Shown: one piece after another, positions 59,901 through 64,000 of the stretch
Layout: every line of letters starts with the position of its first letter
How positions within the stretch are numbered: position 1 is the first letter of the stretch
From: Amphiscolops sp. MND2022
Taxonomy: Eukaryota
DNA length: 64,000 bases
Assembly: GCA_964187785.1 (NCBI GenBank)
Contig: OZ076416.1
Location: 45,942,001 to 46,006,000 of the forward strand
Direction of reading: 5' to 3'
Notes under the pieces: model-generated
Seen by the model: the letters and a program-made list of their open reading frames with translations, nothing else
The model's database searches: none
Told to the model about the DNA's origin: nothing
Translations under genes and position numbers: made by a program

Positions 59901-61690
59901 AATCCTTGGGCCAGTCTGAGGAAGGCGAACGTCTTGCTTCCAAAGTTGAATGCAAGCAACTGAATTGATTGCTCGTCTGCCATCTGCAAGCAGTGGTACG
60001 CTTGCGAACAATCCAGTTTGCAGAAGTATCGCTTCCCAGCCATATGTTGTGCTGCTTCGGCCATCGTCGTCACTGGATGGTTATGTTGGTTATAGTCATT
60101 CTTTAATAGGTGATTGATCCTCCTAAGGTCTACGAGTATTCTCAGTTTTCCATTCGGTTTACGCTGGGCGAAGATGGGTGATGAGTACTTGCTGTACGGC
60201 AATGTTGTGATTATGCCGTACTCTTGCATCAACGCCAGCTCAACTAGGAGGTCGTCTTTCAAGTTCGTCGGTGTAGGCAGACTTTGTGCATAGACTGGCT
60301 CGTCGTGTTTAGGAGTCAGCTTTATCTTGAATTCGGTGTTGATTCCAATATCCAGCCTATGCCTTGCGAAGATGTCATGGTACTTAACCAATAGGGCCTC
60401 AACTTGCTGCTTTTCGTGCGGGCTCAGTATTGATTGTTCCCACTGGAAGGTTGCCAGAAATTCGTGTCGTTGCTCTTCGCTCGTCGTCGGATCAAGTTTC
60501 TCCTGTTCCCTGAGTTTGATGATCTCCTCATAGATTCGTTTCTCGATCTTGTTCAGTTTTGATGGGTCGTCACACGTCTCAGGGGTAGGGTACCATCGTC
60601 TGTCTGATTTGGCAGTAGGGTTCTGGAAAATCTGGTTCAGGACAGCTTCAGCTTCGTCTGGGTACTGTGAGATCAGATTCAGTTGATGGTCGGTCATCGG
60701 CTGTAGATTGGTTGCTTGCTTCGGCGTCAATATTTTGAAGGATGCTACAGCCGTGCCCACATTGATCGTTATCTGATAATCTAGTGGATTGGTAATCTGG
60801 ACATGAGTCCGGCCCTCCTGGGTTTCGCTGAGAGCTGGCGACACCAGTAGGTTCGTGCGTCGTTCAAATGCGGGTAATCCTTCGACTGTCCCGTTGATGT
60901 CGCCTAGATCACGTTCAATCACCACTGGAGCGAACACTTGTTGGTTTGGTTGGAGCACTATCTTCTGGGTGGTCTTCAGTTCTAGTAGCTTATTTTTGAA
61001 TCTGCCGTTGACTGATCGTAATTGGAGTGTGATGTCCGGGAATTTGACGATGTTGTTGGGGAGGTCTAGGGTGACTGAATACTTTTTAAAGAACGACATT
61101 CCTTTGAGGATGTTCCCCATCGTCGGGAGGACCATGAACGTTTCCTCGAAGATTTTGCCGCCAATAAAAAATCGTAGAAGGACTTGTTTCCTCACAGGTA
61201 CAATATTGCCATTGGCGATTTGTACCTTGAACTCTGGGGCAGGGAGTTCTTCAAGGAGGGCTGCTGTGTGAGCCGTGAGGATTCGACGGAGTTCAGCTTC
61301 AGAGAGGGCGCTTTGGATTGCGCCGGTGTCGAGTAGACCGAAGTTCTCGTATGCACGGAATTGAAGTGGTACATAGAGCATCCTGTCTTTTCTGTTCAGT
61401 TGAAGAGTGGCACTCAGCTGACGTATTTCATACTTCAGCTTTCTTGGTGGTTTTGGTGATTTGGCGGATGTGGTTGTTGTATCAGCGTTTGTTTGGTCAG
61501 GGGCTGTGTCATTGGTGGGAGGCTGATTGATGTTGTTGACTTCACTTCTTGGTTTCGTCTCTTTTGGTTTAATGGAGTAAGTGTCAGTCGAATGTCGGGT
61601 GATGACAAAGTTTGTAGTCTCCTTAGTGTATGTTGAAGGACGGGACTGCCACCCCGTGTTGTTTCCAGTATGTAGTCGAGTCTGGGTCAT
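56934..61690 (-). pseudogene. pol: pol of element A (protease, RT, RNase H, integrase with GPY/F), disrupted
   Basis: LDTGA protease; YVDDI RT; CDASEHAAGYVL RNase H; H..H...C..C integrase zinc finger; catalytic EIDLV / ITDKGS / MVER; WEGPYKVV. In-frame TAA at 59057-59059 and 57504-57506; frameshift near 58190. Confidence 0.95.
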
Positions 61691-61749
61691 AGTTTGTTGT
61701 TGTTGACTTAGTAGCGCACTTTTGTATGATTGTGGAGGATGACGTGGCT

Positions 61750-63273
61750 CTAGAAGTTTTTTGGGTCTTCTACGTCATCGTGTCTCTCCGTTTCTTCGAC
61801 ATGATCAGTTTCATCGTTGGTGGCGTGGGACAGTTCGTTCGCGTTGTAGACCCTGTTGTTAGTCTGTCTGAAGTCGCGGCGGAACTGCTTGTTTTCTTCG
61901 GTTGACTGCTTAGAATACGGGACGCTCCTATAGGCTGACGTCGTCGTATTTCTGTAGTAGCAGTCTCGGGCGGAGTGTCCCACTTTGCCACATATTTGGC
62001 ACACCAACTTGGGGTTGTATTTAGGTTTGACGTCCTGGGTGTTGGTGGGTTGAGCTGGTTGTTGTTGGTTGTGGTTGTTTTTGTTCTGCGCTTCCTCCCT
62101 GAGGCGCTTACGGCATTCGGCCCACTTGTGGCCGGTGATTCCACAGTGGCGGCATTGTCCGTCGAATTTTCGTTTCGTCTCCCGGTTTTGGGGTGGTTGG
62201 GAGTTCGATGACTGAGGTTCTGCTGCATTGTGTTGTGGAGCGCTGATCTGGTTGAATGGTCGTGGCGTTGTATTTGGTATGAGCTGGGCGTATTGGCATC
62301 GTCGTTGGACGAATGTCCGTATTTCTTCCATGGACGCATCGTGTTTCCCAGCCATAGCCAATTCGTTCTGCATCTGGACGGGCAGTTTGGCGAACAGAAA
62401 GGTTTCCGTTATGTAGCTCGATTTGTCTCCAAATACTTGTTTCGCCACTTTTTTGAATTTGTTCAAAAAGTCATTGAACGTCTCAGCTGTCGGATCGTAG
62501 CGCATTTGATCGAATTTGTATTTTGCTACTTCCTTCAGATCTTCTTTCGCGTACTTTTTCTTGAAGTAGCGGAGGACTTGGGCGAGTGTGGTCTGGCTTG
62601 ACATCTTCAGTGATTGCCAGAACTCGATGGCGTCGTCTCGCAGTAAACTCTGGAAGTATGTGAGTTTCTGCTCTTCAGACAGCTTGTGTTGGGGCGATCT
62701 GAGGTGATTGAGTAGCAAGTGTTCGAATTCGTTATATTTTTCCCGGTTTCCTCTGAAGAGCGGGACTTGTGTGTGCAGGATTTTGGGATGCTGCACTGTA
62801 TCCGTCATTGTGTCTCGTAGATGGTGAATTTCACTGACAATGTCGTCGAACTGGCTGGCGGGTGGCTGAGGGTATCTGGAGGTTGATTGTTGTGTCGGGT
62901 GTGGGTTCGCCAGGAAGTTGGTCTGAGGGACTCCTGTCACCATGTCGGAACCTGCACTAGTTTTATCGATGACTGTATTTTGATCGTTCCCTTCTCCGTG
63001 ACTGGAGGATAACTTTTCCGTTAAAACTAATACTAGTCCAGTAAGCTCATTAATTTGTCTATTCATACTCGAGAAGCGTTGGTCAATAGTCATTTGGTCG
63101 GAATGTTGTTCAGAATGAATGAGATTTTCATTATCTAGTTCATCAATTTGATCTCTTGTGAGGAGGTCAGGAATACTACATTCACTTTCGGAATCACTAA
63201 CACGGTCATTTCTACTTGCTTTACCCATGAATACTGGGATGGAACTTCTTGCCTGAGATCGTGTATTTACCAT
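61750..63273 (-). CDS. gag: gag of element A (507 aa), intact
   Basis: Starts MVNTRSQAR; capsid-like region FQSLLRDDAIEFW; knuckles CRHCGITGHKWAEC and CQICGKVGHSARDC. Confidence 0.93.
   Translation of the reverse strand: MVNTRSQARSSIPVFMGKASRNDRVSDSESECSIPDLLTRDQIDELDNENLIHSEQHSDQMTIDQRFSSMNRQINELTGLVLVLTEKLSSSHGEGNDQNTVIDKTSAGSDMVTGVPQTNFLANPHPTQQSTSRYPQPPASQFDDIVSEIHHLRDTMTDTVQHPKILHTQVPLFRGNREKYNEFEHLLLNHLRSPQHKLSEEQKLTYFQSLLRDDAIEFWQSLKMSSQTTLAQVLRYFKKKYAKEDLKEVAKYKFDQMRYDPTAETFNDFLNKFKKVAKQVFGDKSSYITETFLFAKLPVQMQNELAMAGKHDASMEEIRTFVQRRCQYAQLIPNTTPRPFNQISAPQHNAAEPQSSNSQPPQNRETKRKFDGQCRHCGITGHKWAECRKRLREEAQNKNNHNQQQPAQPTNTQDVKPKYNPKLVCQICGKVGHSARDCYYRNTTTSAYRSVPYSKQSTEENKQFRRDFRQTNNRVYNANELSHATNDETDHVEETERHDDVEDPKNF
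61756..61762 (-). promoter_or_regulatory. Putative -1 ribosomal frameshift slippery site A_AAA_AAC
   Basis: Heptamer one codon before the gag stop; the -1 frame is open for 21 codons into the pol ATG at 61690. Confidence 0.7.
62925..62942 (-). promoter_or_regulatory. Primer-binding site of element A (tRNA-Leu-like)
   Basis: TGGTGACAGGAG immediately after the LTR end; one mismatch to a recalled tRNA-Leu(CAG) PBS TGGTGTCAGGAG. The tRNA identity is an inference. Confidence 0.65.
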
Positions 63274-64000
63274 TTTATATAAAGAAACTGGAGTTGTTGA
63301 AAGAATTTGAATTGAGATTTTAAGGTTGAATTTAAGTTTGAAGAGAAGGGTTAATCTTTCGCAATGATGTGGTAAGCAACTAAGCGTCAAGTTATACCAA
63401 AAGTTAATGGCTGTCTTTTTGCACCTCTTATCAATTTCGCAATGTTGGTCAGGTGACAACGTCACGTGACTGTATCGACCAATAGCACTGCACTACTAAT
63501 GAGATGTTAATTGCAACATACTGGTGGTTGTACCATTTGAGGCTTTACGATGATGTTGCGTTGCCATCGCTACGCATAATGTTTGTTAATTTTACTACAC
63601 TAATTGAAATGAGTAATAATGGACTATAATGGTGGTATATTACCATCGTTACATGTAAATGTTTAATTTAGAAAGCACTGTGATGTGGTTATATCACCAA
63701 CATCACCTACATATGGAATGAAATATGTTTATGTTACTAGCGCTATATGATTGAGCAATGAAATGAAGTGGTTGAGTAACCAGCATAGCCTGGTTTAACT
63801 AATGAAGAAATGAATAAAATAGTTACTTTAAAAATGGTTCTGACGATAGTATATCAACTACATTACGTGAGGCACTTTAGGAATGGGTTGAGAAAGGTCA
63901 TGTTAAGAGTGTATGATTATAATGAAAATGGGATTGGGTTTTTATGTGGTGACATGTAAATAATGTAAAAATGATATAATTGAAGAGTTTTAGTTTTTTG
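62943..64000 (-). repeat. 5' LTR of element A (cut by window end)
   Basis: Direct repeat of 48758-49814. Confidence 0.95.

Larger units (their letters stand above)
48758..64000 (-). mobile_element. Near-full-length Gypsy LTR retrotransposon A (about 15.3 kb) with an antisense extra gene
   Basis: Two LTRs, PBS, PPT, gag with two CCHC knuckles, pol in the order PR-RT-RH-IN (Gypsy order); the 5' LTR runs off the window by about 30 bp. Confidence 0.95.

Noticed and set aside
1-64000. CRISPR array, prophage or prokaryotic operon
   Set aside because: No regularly spaced repeat-spacer units; spliceosomal introns and eukaryotic transposons throughout.

Overview
Eukaryotic (animal-like), AT-rich, repeat-dense genomic DNA; no CRISPR, rRNA or complete tRNA genes seen. 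The left 39 kb holds one minus-strand gene that I reconstruct as 10 phase-compatible GT-AG coding exons. It encodes putative signal peptide + 1 Ig + 2 FN3 + one TM helix + a low-complexity tail (Ihog/Boc/Cdon-like by motif resemblance). Its 23-kb intron contains Helentron-associated (HINE/DINE-1-like) elements, MITEs, a 5'-truncated RTE LINE and four near-perfect spacer-less palindromes. The right 22 kb is a stack of minus-strand Gypsy LTR retrotransposons. The youngest (48758 to beyond 64000, about 15.3 kb, LTRs of 1086 bp roughly 1-1.5% diverged by eye) is the most notable object. Between pol and the 3' LTR it carries a seven-exon antisense gene of about 1128 codons. That protein looks like a catalytically dead hAT-type DDE transposase with an intact C2H2/BED-like zinc finger. 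Its gag ORF also starts 110 codons inside the LTR. All family assignments come from reading motifs and recalled consensus sequences, not database searches.
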